Made by a program: the position numbers and the translations under genes. This document shows positions 32,361 through 45,015 of a stretch of 64,000 bases of DNA, one piece after another (positions within the stretch are counted from its first letter, which is position 1; each line of letters starts with the position of its first letter). Source of the DNA: an uncultured Planctomycetaceae bacterium (lineage in GTDB: Bacteria > Planctomycetota > Planctomycetia > Pirellulales > PALSA-1355); NCBI GenBank assembly GCA_963785305.1, contig CAWAUV010000007.1, positions 1,888,001 through 1,952,000 of the forward strand. Direction: 5' to 3'. Below the pieces are notes generated by a model. That model was given only the letters and a program-made list of their open reading frames with translations. It was not told the origin of the DNA and did not search any database.

Positions 32361-34187
32361 TCGTTTCTCCCCACCACGATGTCGCGGGTGACGCGATAAA
32401 TCTTTTCTTCGCGCTCGGCTAGCCGCTTGAGCGCCGTGACCAAGTCCGGCTGCTCGGCTTGCTCGGTCTTGATGATCTCGTAGTAACGCTGCGTGCGGTT
32501 GTTCACTCGCATTTGCATGGCGCGAATCACCTTGAGCTCGGCGATCTTGTCGACGAGCGGCGGCTCTTGGGCTTCGCCCGGTTGGCCCGGGGGAGGCTTC
32601 TTATCGGCCAGGTCTTTTTGCGCTTCTTGAGGGCGGCGATCAGTTCCTCGAGCGCGGCGATCACGTCTTCCTCGATCTTGCAGGTGACTTCGCCGACCTT
32701 GGCCTGGCCGAGACGCGTGGCGACTTGATCCATGTCGTCGCGCATTGCGCCGACGGCTTCGGGCATGGCGACCGAAGTGCCTTCCTCGCGCAAGAGAGTC
32801 AGGGCTCGATCGGCTTCGCCCACGATTTCAGCTTCCTTGCGGCCGAGGCGACCGCTTTCGATTTCGTGGTCGCGATCGCGGTCGGGCTCGGGCACGCGGT
32901 CGAGCCGTTTGGTTCCTTCATAAACTTGGTTTTGCATGTCGAGCATTTTGCGGAAGCGGGCTTCGAGCAGCGCGAGCATGCGCGAGCGCTCCTCCTCGCG
33001 GAGTTGACGCAAAATGGCTTCGAGCTCGGCCTTGGCCTTTTCGAGCGCTTCGATCGCTTTCTGTTGGTCTTCGGAAGCGCCTTGGCGCTTGGCTTCGTCG
33101 AGCTGACGCTGGGCGTCTTGCATTCGCTCGCGGGCTTCGCGCAGACGTTTCTCGACCGGCGGCGTGTTGTCGGGCGGCGCCTGTCGGAAGGCTGCCCCTC
33201 GCCCGGTTGCCCTTCGCTGGGCTTACCCTCACTGGGCTTACCTTCACTGGGCTTACCCTCACTGGGCTTACCCTCACTGGGCTTACCTTCGCTGGGCTTA
33301 CCTTCGCTGGGCTTGCCCTCGCTGGGCTTGCCCTCGTTCGGTTTGCCTTCGTTCGGTTTGCCTTCGTTCGGTTTGCCTTCGCCGGATTTGCCGGCCTGAT
33401 TCTTGTCGCTACTGTTTTTGTCGGCCGGTTTATCACCGGGCTTCTTGTCGCCGTTTTCCTTATCGTCAGGTTTTTTGTCGTCGGGTTTATTGTCGGTGGA
33501 TTTCTTATCGTCGGGCTTTTTATCGGCGGGGGCTTTGCCTTCGTTTTTGGCGATGTCTTCGCCGAGCTTGGCGGTGCGGTCGCCGAGCTCGCCTTGGCGG
33601 GGGCTGAGTTTCTTCTCGCTTTCGGCGCCGTCGGCTGTTTCGGCTTGGAGGCCCTTTTGGTCTTTGATGATCTGATTGACTTTGCGGAGATAGTCGCGAA
33701 TGCGTTGCTTCTCCGACTCGAGCCGCTTACCGCGATCTTCGCTCAGGAGCAACTCGAGCAACCGGCCTAGCTCGGATTTGAGCTCGTCTTGATTCTTGAC
33801 GCCCGGCGCGAGGCGATCTTGCTTGAGTAGTTCGACGACTTCATCGAACTTGTGATCGAGATCGCGATCCTTGCTCTGGGCGATCGCTTGCCGCAGCAGA
33901 GCGGCGCGGCGCGGATCGGTATGGGCCGTGAGATCGGCCATGCGGAGCAGCACTTTCTCCAGTTCGCGAAAGCGGTCCGCCACTTGCGCCTGCCCTTCGG
34001 CCAAGCGGGCCGCGGCGTCTTTCTCGCCCTTGCCGCTTTTGTCGGCGGGTTTGTCGGTCGCCGGCTCCTCGGCCGCGAGTTTTTCAACGCCCCAGCCAAA
34101 GGCGCCGCAACCGAAGCCGATCCAGCCGACGCCGACCCAAGCAAGGGCGACGCTCCAGAACCTAGCGTGAATTCGATGCGTGACCAC
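32357..34187 (-). CDS. Coiled-coil secreted hypothetical protein with GKPSE repeats (frameshifted)
   Basis: Continuous coiled-coil coding across frames, ending ...TRDIVVGRNE* with ATGA overlap at 32357-32360. Confidence 0.72.
33183..33377. repeat. 15-bp tandem repeat, 13 units (GKPNE x3, GKPSE x8, GQPGE, GQPSD)
   Basis: Direct reading of the sequence and ORF translation. Confidence 0.93.
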
Positions 34188-34375
34188 GATCGCGTTTCCT
34201 TATATTGCCGCCCGTATCGTGTAGCTTGCAAACAAGAACGCCCAAGCCGTTCGCCGAAACCGCGTCTGGAAACAGCCCTCTGAATTGTACCCTACCGGCC
34301 CGCCGAGGGGTGGCGGCGGCGAATCCGCGCTAAACCGCTGCCATACTTAGTTTTACAGTCGCCGAGGCTCGCCGG

Positions 34376-36692
34376 CTACTCTTCGATCAGCGAACGGATT
34401 TTCTTTTTCTGCTCGGCCTTGGTTTCTTCGTTGATTTTTTCTTGAGCCGCGATCACGCCCCGGAGCAGGTCGAGCGCTTCGTTAAACGTCTCCAATTCCA
34501 GCATCCGATCGAGCACGCGCTTCATTTCCACGATGATTTTGTCGGCCCGGCGGATTGCCTCGGTTTGAACCGGCCCCGCGGACTTGGCGTCGGCGAGCAC
34601 GCCTTGCAACTGGCGGAGCGATTTTTCGAGCTCCGGAAACCGGCTCGCCGCGAGCTCTTTGAGCGGAGTGGCAATGCCGCCCTTGAGCCGGCTCTTGAGC
34701 TCCTCGGTGTCGACGCGGTTGTTGATGAGCTCGGCGCAAATGCCATCGAACGCGTCGGCCACTTCCACGATCTCGTGCGATGTCCGCTGACTGTTTTGCA
34801 CGACCCGCTCGGCATGCAATCGGGCCAGCGCCAGCAATTGCTCGGGAGTCTTTTGCTCGGCATGGCGAATCGAATCCTCGGGCTCATCGCCCGCGGGCTT
34901 TCCGGTCGGGCGCGGCGGACTTCTTCTTGCCATCTATTCCGTCTTTGTTTTTTTGGCCCGAGGTCGCCTTTGCATCGGCCTGGGGTTTTTCGGTTTCGAG
35001 TTCGAGCCGGGCGAGCAGGTCGCGGGTTTCGGTGAATTCGCCGATGATCGTCTCGAAGCGGCGGCGAAGCAGCAGCTCGCGGGATTCGAGCATCGACCGC
35101 AATTGTTCGGGAGTGACGACATCGAGGGTGTAACGCTGGCTGCTGGCGGTGTTGGGCGCGGCGGCAAGCGCGTCGTTGTCGGCGGCGCCGATCGCGAGAT
35201 GAAACTTCTGCTTGGGCTGGAGACCAAGCGAGCCCACCTCGAACGCTTCATGCACCGCGACTTTATTCGCGCCCGACCGGATCGCGGCCAGCGGTTGCTC
35301 GAGGGCCGGACCGGCGTCGATGCCGTATTCGAACCAGGCCCGCGCCACGCCGTAGTCGTCGATGATCTCTCCGGCGGCGGGCAACATGGCCGAGGGTGTG
35401 ATCGCGAGACCGATCCCTTCGAGCTGCACTGTCACTTGCGGCGGTTCGTCGGGCACGGCGCCGATCGAGATGCGCACCGGATCGCGACTGCGAATGCCAT
35501 CGTCGTCGAGCAAGTTGCAGAGCAGGGTTTGATCGCAATCGAGCGCGCCGAGCGGGAGCGAAAACCGCCGCTCGGGCTTGCCGAACTCGGCGGCCAGATT
35601 CAGCTTATGGGTCACCGGCGAGTTCGACCCGCGGAGCACATCGACCTCGGCCACGACGAGCGGCTTGTTGGCCTCGGCGGCGAGCGTGACGTGCGTGCCC
35701 ATTGGGAGCTGCACGAGCCCGGCGGCTGGCACATCGCGCGGCGGGCGCTGCATGTAGGGGGGATATTCGCAGTGGAGCGTGGCGCGGGTAAGCGTGGGAC
35801 TATCGACCACGACGATCTGGCAAGGCCCGAACGCGATCGTCGCCGCCTTGCACCCAAAACTCGCGGTCGGCCAAGAGGCTTTTGAACTGATAGGCGTATT
35901 GCTGGAAGGGGTCTTTCGCCGTGGCGACGCCGACGCGCGTCATGCGGTCGCGGGCCCAAACGCCATCGACCGATCCGTAGCGGACGCCCACCGTTTCCGG
36001 CACGACGCGCTCGGCCCCGGTTTCGGCTTCGACCACGATCTCGAGATCGCTGCCTTTGGCGACTTTCTTGGCGCCGTTTTCGAAGCCGACGATTGTCAGA
36101 TGCGTTTTTCGCGGCCAAAGCTCGCTGGAAAGCAGCAGGTTGCGACGAGTCCACACCTCGAAGGCATCGTGCGCCCCCAGAGCAAAAGCCGCGGCCGCCA
36201 CGACGAGCACGATCGCAAGCGAGACCGCGCGTCGCAGTGGGCCGCGGTTGAAGAGCGTCGCGAGAGGGAGCTCTCGGGCCGCGGCCTCGGCTTGCCGCCG
36301 GGTGTGCGCGAGCATGTCGCGATTGTAGATCGCCGCGTGCGCGGGCGCTTCGCCGAGCTCGACCGCCGTGAGTAGGCTTTCTCCGAGCTCGGCGTGGCGA
36401 CGCTCGACCAAGAGGGCGAGGCTCGGATCGGCCAGCGGCACGAACGCGCGGCGGAGCAGATAACGATAGGCCGTGTACGACAGACCCGCGCCCAAGAGCG
36501 CCAGCAGGGCCACGCGGAGCGGCGCCGGTGGCTCGAAGAGCCAGTCGAACAGCAGCGTGGCCCAAAACCAAGCGAACGCCACGGCCACGACCAGCGCGAG
36601 CCCTTCGATCCAGACATAGGCGCGGATTTCGCGCGCACTTGGGCGAGCAAGCGAACAATCGCGTCGGGTGTTTCCGGGGCGGAAGTCGTCAT
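34376..36692 (-). CDS. Membrane-anchored hypothetical protein of the MoxR operon (frameshifted)
   Basis: Starts MTTSAPETPD, TM helices, Ig-like segments (VPDEPPQV, DDYGV), C-terminal MLELETFNEALDLLR. Confidence 0.72.
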
Positions 36693-36734
36693 GGGCGTCG
36701 AGCAGCCGGCTTTCTGGAGGAGTTGATCGAGCGT

Positions 36735-39297
36735 TCAGGCAAGTTTCGACAAGCGACGGATGAGCCATTCGAGCGACAACGCTCCGCAGACCACGAACAA
36801 GATCGCGCATCCAATCGCGATCGAAATCCAAGTCGGGCACGCCGGTCAGGTAGCTGGTCTCGGAACGGTCCTTGAGCTCGGCCACGATGGGCGAAGCCCC
36901 GGTCGCGGGCGCGATTGCCCCGGGGCCGATCAGGTAACGGCCGCCGGTGCGCTTGGCGATCTCGCTCAGCAGCGCGTCGTTGCGTTCGGGAGTCTCGCGC
37001 TCGAGGTCCGGCACCTTGACTTGCACGCGCTTCGTGAGCCGTTCCTCGCGACTGTCGGGCAGCGGCAGGTCGAGTTTGTAGACGCCTTCTTCCAGGGCCG
37101 TGAATTGGCCCTGGAACATGCCTTTGCGATTCGGATCGGCCGCGAGCTCCAGGTTTTGCGCGCCGCCGCCCGGAAGCGTGATTTCAAGCGACACCCGCGG
37201 CACGTCGAGCGGCTCGAATCGCGCGTTGCTCAGCGCCGCGCGCACCGCCACCGTGGCGCCGAGGAAATAGCGGTCGCGTTCGACCAGCAGCAGCCCGCGG
37301 CTCGAGCCGTTGAGCAGCCGGCCCTGGGTCACATGGCGCACCAGCTTGGTATAGAATTGCTCGAAGTATCCGTCGTCGAGAGCGCGCAATCGCCACATCT
37401 CGCCGCTGCCGAGATAGAACACGCGGCCGGCGCCGTAGAACTGTTCGGCCATGTAGACCGGTTGCTGGCCCGAGACCGCGGCCTCGGGATCGGAATAGCG
37501 GGCATAAACGGTGGTGCCTGGCTTCGCGCCGCGCACGGCATAGTAGCCGTAGACCCCGGGAAACGAGGCCCAAATCCGCTGGCTCTTGGGTCCCGACTCG
37601 GCCGGCCACAGGAATTCGGCTTCCAGTCCCTCGCGCGTGAATTCGATCGGCCAGGGAGTCTCGGAGCCATAGCGGCCGTCTTCCAGCATCGCGAGGCGAC
37701 GATTGAACTCGACCGGATAAATCGCCCGCAGTTTGCCGAGGCCGGGCTCTTGGGTCCAGCGATCCGTTTCCACGGGACCGCAGATGGCGATCAGGCCGCC
37801 GGCTTTTTCGGAAATCCAGCGATCGAGCATATCGATCGATTCGGCCGAAAGCTGGGTCCAGTCGGGATCGAAGGCGATGATGCCGTCGTAGAGAAACAGT
37901 TCTTGCGGCGTTTCGGGAAATTCGAACAAGAGCGAGCTCGCGTCTTGCGAGATGCCTTCCTTGCCCGATTGCAACCACACATCGACGACCAGTTCCTTAT
38001 CTCGCCGCAGCATGTTGCGCAAGAATGTGTACTCGCGCGTCGGTCCGCTGGCGATGAGCAGCAGCCGGGTCTGGCGATCGACGATCTCGATGTCGACTTC
38101 TTGTTGATCGTCGGCCGGGTTCGAGTCTTCGGGCGGGCTCTTCACGGCCAGCCGATACACCCGGCGACCATGTTCCTCGGGCTTGACTTCGAACTTCACC
38201 GGCGTGATCTCGCCGCGACCGCCCAGCAACACGCGCTCGGTGGCTTCGAGCTTGGTTTGGCCGGCTTTGTCTTTATCGCCCGCGTCGCCGCCGGCTGGGC
38301 GGCTGGTGAGCTCGAGCGTCACGGTGCGGCCAGCCAACTCCTGGGCTTGCACATAGCCGGTCACGGTGAAGGCGTCGCCGGGATAGGCCCGCGTCGGCGC
38401 CACGAGATCGCTAATCCGAACATTGGCCGGACGCTTGGCCGAGCCGATGCCCACGGTGTAGATCGGTATCTTGGCTTCGTGCGCCAGTTGGATCGCGGGA
38501 CTGCAATCGGGACCGGCGTTTTGAGCGCCATCGGTAAATACGATGAGCGCCGACACGGGGCTCGACCGCTCGGCCTCGAGCAGCGCGCGAAGCGATTGGC
38601 CGAGCCGGGTTTCCGTGCCCTGCGGCGCGATGCGCGACCAGGGGACCAGTTCGGCCGCGGGCCCCGCCGGCTTCGTTTCGTCGGCGGGCGCCTTTGCATT
38701 CTCGTCGTGATCGGGCCGTGAGTCCTTGTTTGGCGGCGGCAGCTTGGCGAGCGAGGCCACGGAGCTTGTCGTGACATCGAATCGCGAGAGCAAGACATCG
38801 TGCGTCTTGCGCAGTTCCTCGATCAGGCCGCGGTCCTTGAGGGCGGCGGTTACTTGCTCGAGACGCGTGGGTGCGCCGGGAGAGCTCGTGGCCTCGGAAT
38901 CGCGGAGGCCCATGCTCAAACTGGTGTCGATCGCCATCAGCACGCGCGAATTGCGCGTGACCTGCCGCTCGGTGCGTTTTTCGAGTTTGCCGTAATATGC
39001 CAAGAGGCCGAGCAGGGCCACGATGCGCAGCCCCGCGAGCAGCACCCCGGTTCCGCGGCGGAGCTCGACGCTATCGCGGCGGTAGAGGTAGATCACGAGC
39101 GCGAGAATCGCCACCACCGCGGCGCCGAGCGCAAGAAACTGCCAGCGCTCGGTGTAAGCGGCGAAGCGAGCCCATTCGTAGGTCACGCGGCTAGCCGCAT
39201 GGGCCCCGGGTTCCGTCAAAGCGCCCGGAGTGGCGGCGCCGGTGGGAAGGTCGGCCGCGGCTTGGGCCAGCGGCGGCGCCAGAAGCAGTTGCATCAT
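36735..39297 (-). CDS. VWA-domain membrane protein with glutamine-amidotransferase-like domain
   Basis: MIDAS DTSLSM, T, FTDG; YGAGRVFY...MWRLR. Corrected C-terminus ...EWLIRRLSKLA* at 36735. Confidence 0.8.
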
Positions 39298-41547
39298 CGG
39301 GCTCCCACGCGGCTCGAGGCATGATAGCTGGCCGCATAGGCCAGAAGCTGCTCGCATAGCAAAAGTCCGACGAGAAAGAACATCAGATTCTCGCCCAGAT
39401 TGAAGCCGGCTAGTTGCTCCAACGCATGGTTCAAGTCGCTCAGATCGTGGTACTTGATATGCAGGCCATCGAGACGCGGCGCGAGATCGGCATTGGCCAG
39501 CCGGCCCAGATCGCCCTCGGGCGAAGCGACATTGTACGCCCAGCCGTGGGGTTCGATTTGACCGTCGAGGCCCGTGAGCTGCGCTTCGTAGAAACCGCTG
39601 GCCCCGGGGTCGGGAAGCGTCGCCACGAGGTTGGCGCCCGGCGGGCGCGGCATCGACCATGAGCATATCGCCGGAAAATCCCTCGCCGGGCCCGGAGCTC
39701 GAGTCGCGGCCGGGTAGTTGAAATCGGACCTTGGGCTGAAAGCGGGCGACATCGAAGGTCACTTCGAGCGGCGTTCCCACGGTGCGCGAGCTCTCCGGCT
39801 GTCGCCCCGCGGCTAGGTAGGATTCGAGTTCGAGCATTGCCACGACATAGCTCGGATTGTTGCGAGCCCAATTGTTCCAAGAACCCGAGGTCGTGGCCAG
39901 CGGCGACGACTTGGTGAGAAAGGCCACGACCCGGCCCGCGCCAAATCTTTGTTCCACGACCAGCGGCGCATGGTTCCGCAGCCGCGCGATGACTTTCACG
40001 GCGCTCTCGGGCGGTGGGCTCCAGCCCTTGGCGGTGGTGAAATAGCGCTCGACCATGACCGTGCCCAGGTAACTGTTGCGCTGGCCGGCGAACACGGAGA
40101 AGATCGGGTGATCGGTCACTTCCAAGTCGGGCGCTTTGTCGAGCCGGTCGACGAGCAGCTCCGTGGCAATACCCAGCGGCAGGGGAAAGATGCCTTGGCC
40201 ATCGCGATAGAGCTCGCGGTTGTAGACATCGCCGCGCACTCGCTCGCCCACGAAAAACGCCACGCCGCCGCCCGCGCGGGCATAGGCCTCGAGCGCGTCG
40301 ATTTCGGCCGGGTCGAGCCGTTCGACATTCGTGAGAAAGATCGCCGCGTATTTGTCGAGCGAGCCACGCAAGGCGCGCGGCGTCTCGACCATGGGCTTCA
40401 GACCGCTCGTGGCCTTGCCGCCGGGCTCGAGCGCCGCGGCGACGAAGTAGCCATCGGACCCGCGGGCATCGCTGTCGATGATCAGCACTGGCGCCGCCTC
40501 GGCCACGGCCACGATGCCAAAGCGAGTGTTGTCGGCCGCCACGGCGTCGCTTTCCAAGCGGGCGGTGGCTCGATGATCGCCGGTCGTGGGAAACATCGAT
40601 TGAAATCGCCGCAGGGCGACTTTGCGGGCTGGAATCTCCTCGAACTCCACGGCGGGGCGAGTTTGGCCGTCTTCGTCGATATGCACCGTGACGCCGCGAA
40701 CCGCCTTCTCGCCGAAATTCTGGACGGCGATTTCCATCGACAGCGGCACGCCCGCGGCGCGAACACCCGAAACGGTGCGCAGCGCGACAATGCCCAGGTT
40801 CGGCCGCGCGGCGTCGACGCAATTGTCGAACTGCAATTGCACTCCGGTCCGCTGGAGCCGCTCGAGCGCTTTTTTCAGCGGCGCGGGCTCGCTCCACTCC
40901 TTGGCGCGAAAGTCCGACACCAGATAGACCACGCGGTTCTCATCCTCGGGCTTGACCGGCAGGCCGTCGATGGCGTCGAGCGCTTCGAGCGGCCCGGCCG
41001 CGCTTTCGGAAACATCCATCCGGCCGAGCGTTTGTTCGAGCTGCGCGGCGAAGTCGCTTTGCACGGCTTGTTCGAGCATGTCGGGCTGGGTGCCCGCCCC
41101 GCCCCGGCGCACGCGCGAGAAGCGGAGCAAGGTGAACGACTGCGGAGTCGGCTTGCGAGTGGCTTCGGCGGCCACGCGCTCGATCATGTGCTTGGCCTCT
41201 TCGAAGGCCGAGGTCGAGCCCCAGCGATCCGACATCGAATAGCTGTCGTCGAGCAGCACGATGTGATGGGTTTTCGTTCCGCCGAAAAGCGCTCCCCACT
41301 GGGCCTGGAGCACCGGTTGGGCCACCATGAGCACCAGCGCCGCCACGGCCGCCATGCGCATCAGCAGCAGCAAAAGCTGCTTGAGAATAATCCATTTGCG
41401 ATGCTTGCGCTGGCTGACGAGCAGAAACTCCATGGCGGCCCACTCGACGCGGCGATGACGCAGCAGGTTGATCAAATGGATCAACACCGGCAGCGCGATG
41501 AGCGGCAGCCCGATGGCAAGCAGCGATGAATGAACGACAAACGGCAT
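39294..41547 (-). CDS. BatA-domain/VWA protein (frameshift near 39640)
   Basis: PVLIHLINLLRHRRVEWAAMEFL (BatA N-terminus), LLDDSYSM, LVSDF. C-terminal TM in the 39294..39752 frame. Confidence 0.85.
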
Positions 41548-41572
41548 GGCGGAGATCTTTTACCGTCGATTC

Positions 41573-42478
41573 TTAATTCTTGTGGTGCATTCCCAGTCGA
41601 TTGCTGAGAAACTTGGCGAGCACGGCGTCGAGCGACTGGCTGGTGCGCACCAGGGCGTAGTCGACCATGTTTTGAGCGCAGCCGCGGCGCACTTCGTCGA
41701 GATAGGTTTGCATCGCGGCGAGATAGCCCTCGCGCAGCGCGCGGGGGTTGCAATTGAGCGCGTCGGCGCCTTCGAGCCCCTCGAAGCGCGTGGCGCCGGT
41801 AAAGGGAAAGTCGAGCTCGTCGTCGTCGAGCACATGAAAGATCAGCACATCGTGCCCCTGCCGGCGCAGGAGCTTGAGCCCCTTGAAGAGCGACTCCCGA
41901 TCGGCGAGCAAGTCGCTCACGAGCACCATCATGCCCCGGCGAGGATACGACTCGGCCACTTCGCGCAGGATCGACGCCATGTCGGTCTTGTCGCGCGGCT
42001 CGGCGCCGGAGAGCGACTGGATCACGGAATGCAGGTGGCTCCGCTTGCTGCGGGCGGGTGTCTTGGCCCGCACCCGTTCGTCGAACGCCACCGAGCCCAC
42101 GGCGTCTTGCTGGCGGAGCAGCAAGTAGGCGAGGCTCACGGCCACGGTCGCGGCGTAGGCGTATTTATTGAGCGGACCCGAGCCGTAGTGCATGCTTCGC
42201 GAGACATCGACGAGCAACGTCGAGCGGAGGTTCGTGTCCTCCTCGTATTGCTTGAGGTAGAGGCGGTCTTGCTTGGCCCACACTTTCCAGTCCACGTGGC
42301 GCAGGTCGTCGCCAGCCGCGTATTCACGGTGCTGGAGAAATTCGACCGACTGGCCGAAATAGGGGCTGCGATGGATGCCCGCCAAAAACCCTTCGACGAT
42401 ATGCCTCGCTCGCAGCTCGAGCCGCGAGACGCGGGCAATGGCTTCAGGATGCAAAAATTTTCTGGAATCGAGCGTCAC
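41573..42478 (-). CDS. DUF58 family protein
   Basis: [44 protein letters not shown]. Confidence 0.93.
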   Translation of the reverse strand: MTLDSRKFLHPEAIARVSRLELRARHIVEGFLAGIHRSPYFGQSVEFLQHREYAAGDDLRHVDWKVWAKQDRLYLKQYEEDTNLRSTLLVDVSRSMHYGSGPLNKYAYAATVAVSLAYLLLRQQDAVGSVAFDERVRAKTPARSKRSHLHSVIQSLSGAEPRDKTDMASILREVAESYPRRGMMVLVSDLLADRESLFKGLKLLRRQGHDVLIFHVLDDDELDFPFTGATRFEGLEGADALNCNPRALREGYLAAMQTYLDEVRRGCAQNMVDYALVRTSQSLDAVLAKFLSNRLGMHHKN

Positions 42479-43490
42479 GCGTCAGTTCATCCTCTTTGGC
42501 GGGAGTGGTGGCCAGCAAACGATCAACGATTTGGTCTTGGGTCACGCCTTCGCTTTCGGCCGCGAAATTCATCACCAACCGATGCCGCAGCACCGGCTTG
42601 GCCAGGGCCTGGATGTCCTCGACCGCCACATGGGTGCGGCCATGGAGCAGGGCTCGCGCCTTGGCGCCGAGAATCAAGAACTGCACGGCCCGGGGCCCGG
42701 CGCCCCAACTGACCTGCTCTTGCACGAAATCGGGAATTCCGGGCTCGCCGATGCGAGTTTGCCGCACGAGCGAGAGCGTGTAGCGAACCAGGTGATCGGT
42801 GATCGGCACATCGCGCACCAATCGCTGCAGTTCGAGAATCTCCTCGGCCGCCAAGACCGGCGCCACGCTGTCGACCATCGAAGCGGTCGTGCGGCGGGCG
42901 ATCTCGAACTCCTCCGAAAAATTCGGATACTTCACGAACACCTTGAACATGAACCGATCTTGCTGCGCCTCCGGCAGCGGATAGGTGCCTTCTTGCTCGA
43001 TCGGGTTTTGCGTGGCCAGCACGAAGAACGGATCGGAGAGTTTGTGTCGCACGCGGCCCACCGTGACCTGCCGCTCTTGCATCGCCTCGAGCAGCGCGGC
43101 CTGGGTCTTGGGCGGAGTGCGGTTCACTTCGTCGGCCAAGATCACATTGGAAAACAGCGGTCCTTCGAGAAAGCGAAACTGCCGGCTGCCGGTCGTTTTA
43201 TTTTCCTCGATGATCTCGGTGCCGGTGATGTCGGCCGGCATCAGATCGGGCGTGAACTGAATGCGGCTGAAGGAGAGATTCAGGGCCCGCGAGAGCGTGC
43301 TGATCATGAGCGTCTTGGCCAGGCCCGGCACGCCCTCGAGCAGGCAGTGGCCGCGGCTGAAGAGCGAGATCAGGAGCTCCTCGATCACCTCGTTTTGGCC
43401 GATGATGACCTGGGAAAGCTGCGACTGGATTTTCTCGCGGGCTTCGCGGAGCTTGTGAATCGCGGAATCGGCGGAAGATTCTTGGTTCAT
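42444..43490 (-). CDS. moxR: MoxR-family AAA+ ATPase
   Basis: [52 protein letters not shown]. Confidence 0.95.
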   Translation of the reverse strand: MNQESSADSAIHKLREAREKIQSQLSQVIIGQNEVIEELLISLFSRGHCLLEGVPGLAKTLMISTLSRALNLSFSRIQFTPDLMPADITGTEIIEENKTTGSRQFRFLEGPLFSNVILADEVNRTPPKTQAALLEAMQERQVTVGRVRHKLSDPFFVLATQNPIEQEGTYPLPEAQQDRFMFKVFVKYPNFSEEFEIARRTTASMVDSVAPVLAAEEILELQRLVRDVPITDHLVRYTLSLVRQTRIGEPGIPDFVQEQVSWGAGPRAVQFLILGAKARALLHGRTHVAVEDIQALAKPVLRHRLVMNFAAESEGVTQDQIVDRLLATTPAKEDELTRDARFQKIFAS

Positions 43491-43584
43491 GCGAGGCTGT
43501 TTCCGGTTGAGTGGATTGCAAGCAAAACGGGCGAGGCGGACGAAACTTAAGGTCGTCCGGAGTTATCGGATAGGCTCTTGATTC

Positions 43585-44712
43585 CTAGCGCTGATAAATC
43601 GGCAAGGTTCCCTTGTCGAGTTGCAGGATCGTGAGGTTGATGGCCGTGGTGTAGATCGTGCCGACGAAGCCTTGGTTCCAGTAGGCGACGGTTCCGTTGT
43701 CGTTGGCCTCGCCCAAGAGTCGATTGAATACTTTTTCGCGATAAGTCTCCCAAGCTTTGCCGGCTTCGCGATATTTCACTTGCGAGTAGTAGTAGTGGGC
43801 ATAGTGCCAGTGGCCGAAGCCTTGGTTCGAGATGTCGGCCAGATTATTTTCGCAATATTTCAGCAGCTTGGGCACATATTCGCTGTCGTAGTCGCCGGCA
43901 TTGAACAAACAGGCCACGGCGGCGGCCGAAATCGCGGGGCGCGGGCCGCCACCCTTGGAACTATACTGCACGCCGCCGTCGGCCATCGTGCATTCGCGAA
44001 TATATTTGATCGCCTTGTCGATCACTTCCTTCGGCACGACGATCCCCGCGTTGCGGCAGCCACGCAGACCCTGCACCTGGGTGATCGTGGTCGAGCCTTC
44101 GTCGAATTCGCCGCCGCCTTGCGATGAATCCTTGGCGCTCACATAGCCCCAGCCGCCGGCCGACGTTTGCGCATTGCCCGAAAACGCCACGGCCCGGGTG
44201 AGCACATCGAGCAATTCCTTGCGGCGGCTGAGGTCTTCTTCCTCGCCCACCACTTGCGAGAGAAAGAGCATCGAGTAGCCGTGGCCGTAGGTATAGCGAT
44301 CGTCGCGAGTGGGATCGCCGATCAGGCCATTGGGCCGGCTCCGGCTAATCAGGTAGTCGACCGCGAGGCGAATGTTTTTCGAGTACTTGCCCTGGGTCGT
44401 GGTCGAGCCTTCTTGGAGGAGAGCCACGCCAGCCAGCGCGGTCATGGCCGTGGGATAGCGGCTATCGTTGGCGTTCCAGCTTCCCATGCGCGACTGGGCG
44501 TTGGCCAGCCAGGCGAGACCATGCGCCACCACGCGATCGACGCGGGCCTCGAGCGAATCGGCCCGCGCCGCGCCGGCGACGATCCCCCAGACGCAAAACC
44601 CGAGCATCAGCCGGCAGGACGCCGTTTTGAGGAATTCCATCCCGAAGAACGCCGCTCCGAAACATGCCGTCCGCGGCAATCGAATCGTGCGGCATTTGGA
44701 ATGTGCCTTCAT
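43585..44712 (-). CDS. Prenyltransferase/squalene-oxidase repeat protein, secreted
   Basis: GLAWLANAQ, YTYGHGYSMLFL, QTSAGGWGY, STTITQVQGLRGCRNAGI. Confidence 0.8.
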   Translation of the reverse strand: MKAHSKCRTIRLPRTACFGAAFFGMEFLKTASCRLMLGFCVWGIVAGAARADSLEARVDRVVAHGLAWLANAQSRMGSWNANDSRYPTAMTALAGVALLQEGSTTTQGKYSKNIRLAVDYLISRSRPNGLIGDPTRDDRYTYGHGYSMLFLSQVVGEEEDLSRRKELLDVLTRAVAFSGNAQTSAGGWGYVSAKDSSQGGGEFDEGSTTITQVQGLRGCRNAGIVVPKEVIDKAIKYIRECTMADGGVQYSSKGGGPRPAISAAAVACLFNAGDYDSEYVPKLLKYCENNLADISNQGFGHWHYAHYYYSQVKYREAGKAWETYREKVFNRLLGEANDNGTVAYWNQGFVGTIYTTAINLTILQLDKGTLPIYQR

Positions 44713-44910
44713 GGCGCGATCCTCGGTCGGTTGCTTGCGATCGGAAAGAGCGAGATCGAAACGGTTCACCACCCATTGCACGCCGGTCGAACAAGAAACC
44801 GCGAAATCTCGGGCAAGGGCGCGCCCCGGGAAGTGAGTGTCCCCGAGGGCTGATTTGGTTCATTCGTCGGACGGCAAATGAGGAAAAATTTCACTGCCCG
44901 ACAGCGTCAG

Positions 44911-44997
44911 CGATCCCAGCGCCAACGATCCCAGCGCCAACGATCCCGCGCAAACGATCCCAGCGCAAACGATCCCGCGCAAACGATCCCGCGCAAA
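44911..44997. repeat. Intergenic 14/15-bp tandem repeat, 6 copies
   Basis: CGATCCC(A)GCGC(C/A)AA repeated six times between the beta-propeller gene and the prenyltransferase-repeat gene. Confidence 0.9.
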
Positions 44998-45015
44998 CAG
45001 CGAACGGCCCGAGCG

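Noticed and set aside
35800..41547. Apparent 1915-aa giant BatA/VWA protein
   Set aside because: Three separate genes joined by frameshifts. Natural C-termini with stops are visible in other frames at 39294 and 36735.
44911..44997. Possible CRISPR array
   Set aside because: Units are 14-15 bp, directly adjacent, with no unique spacers and no cas genes in the window.
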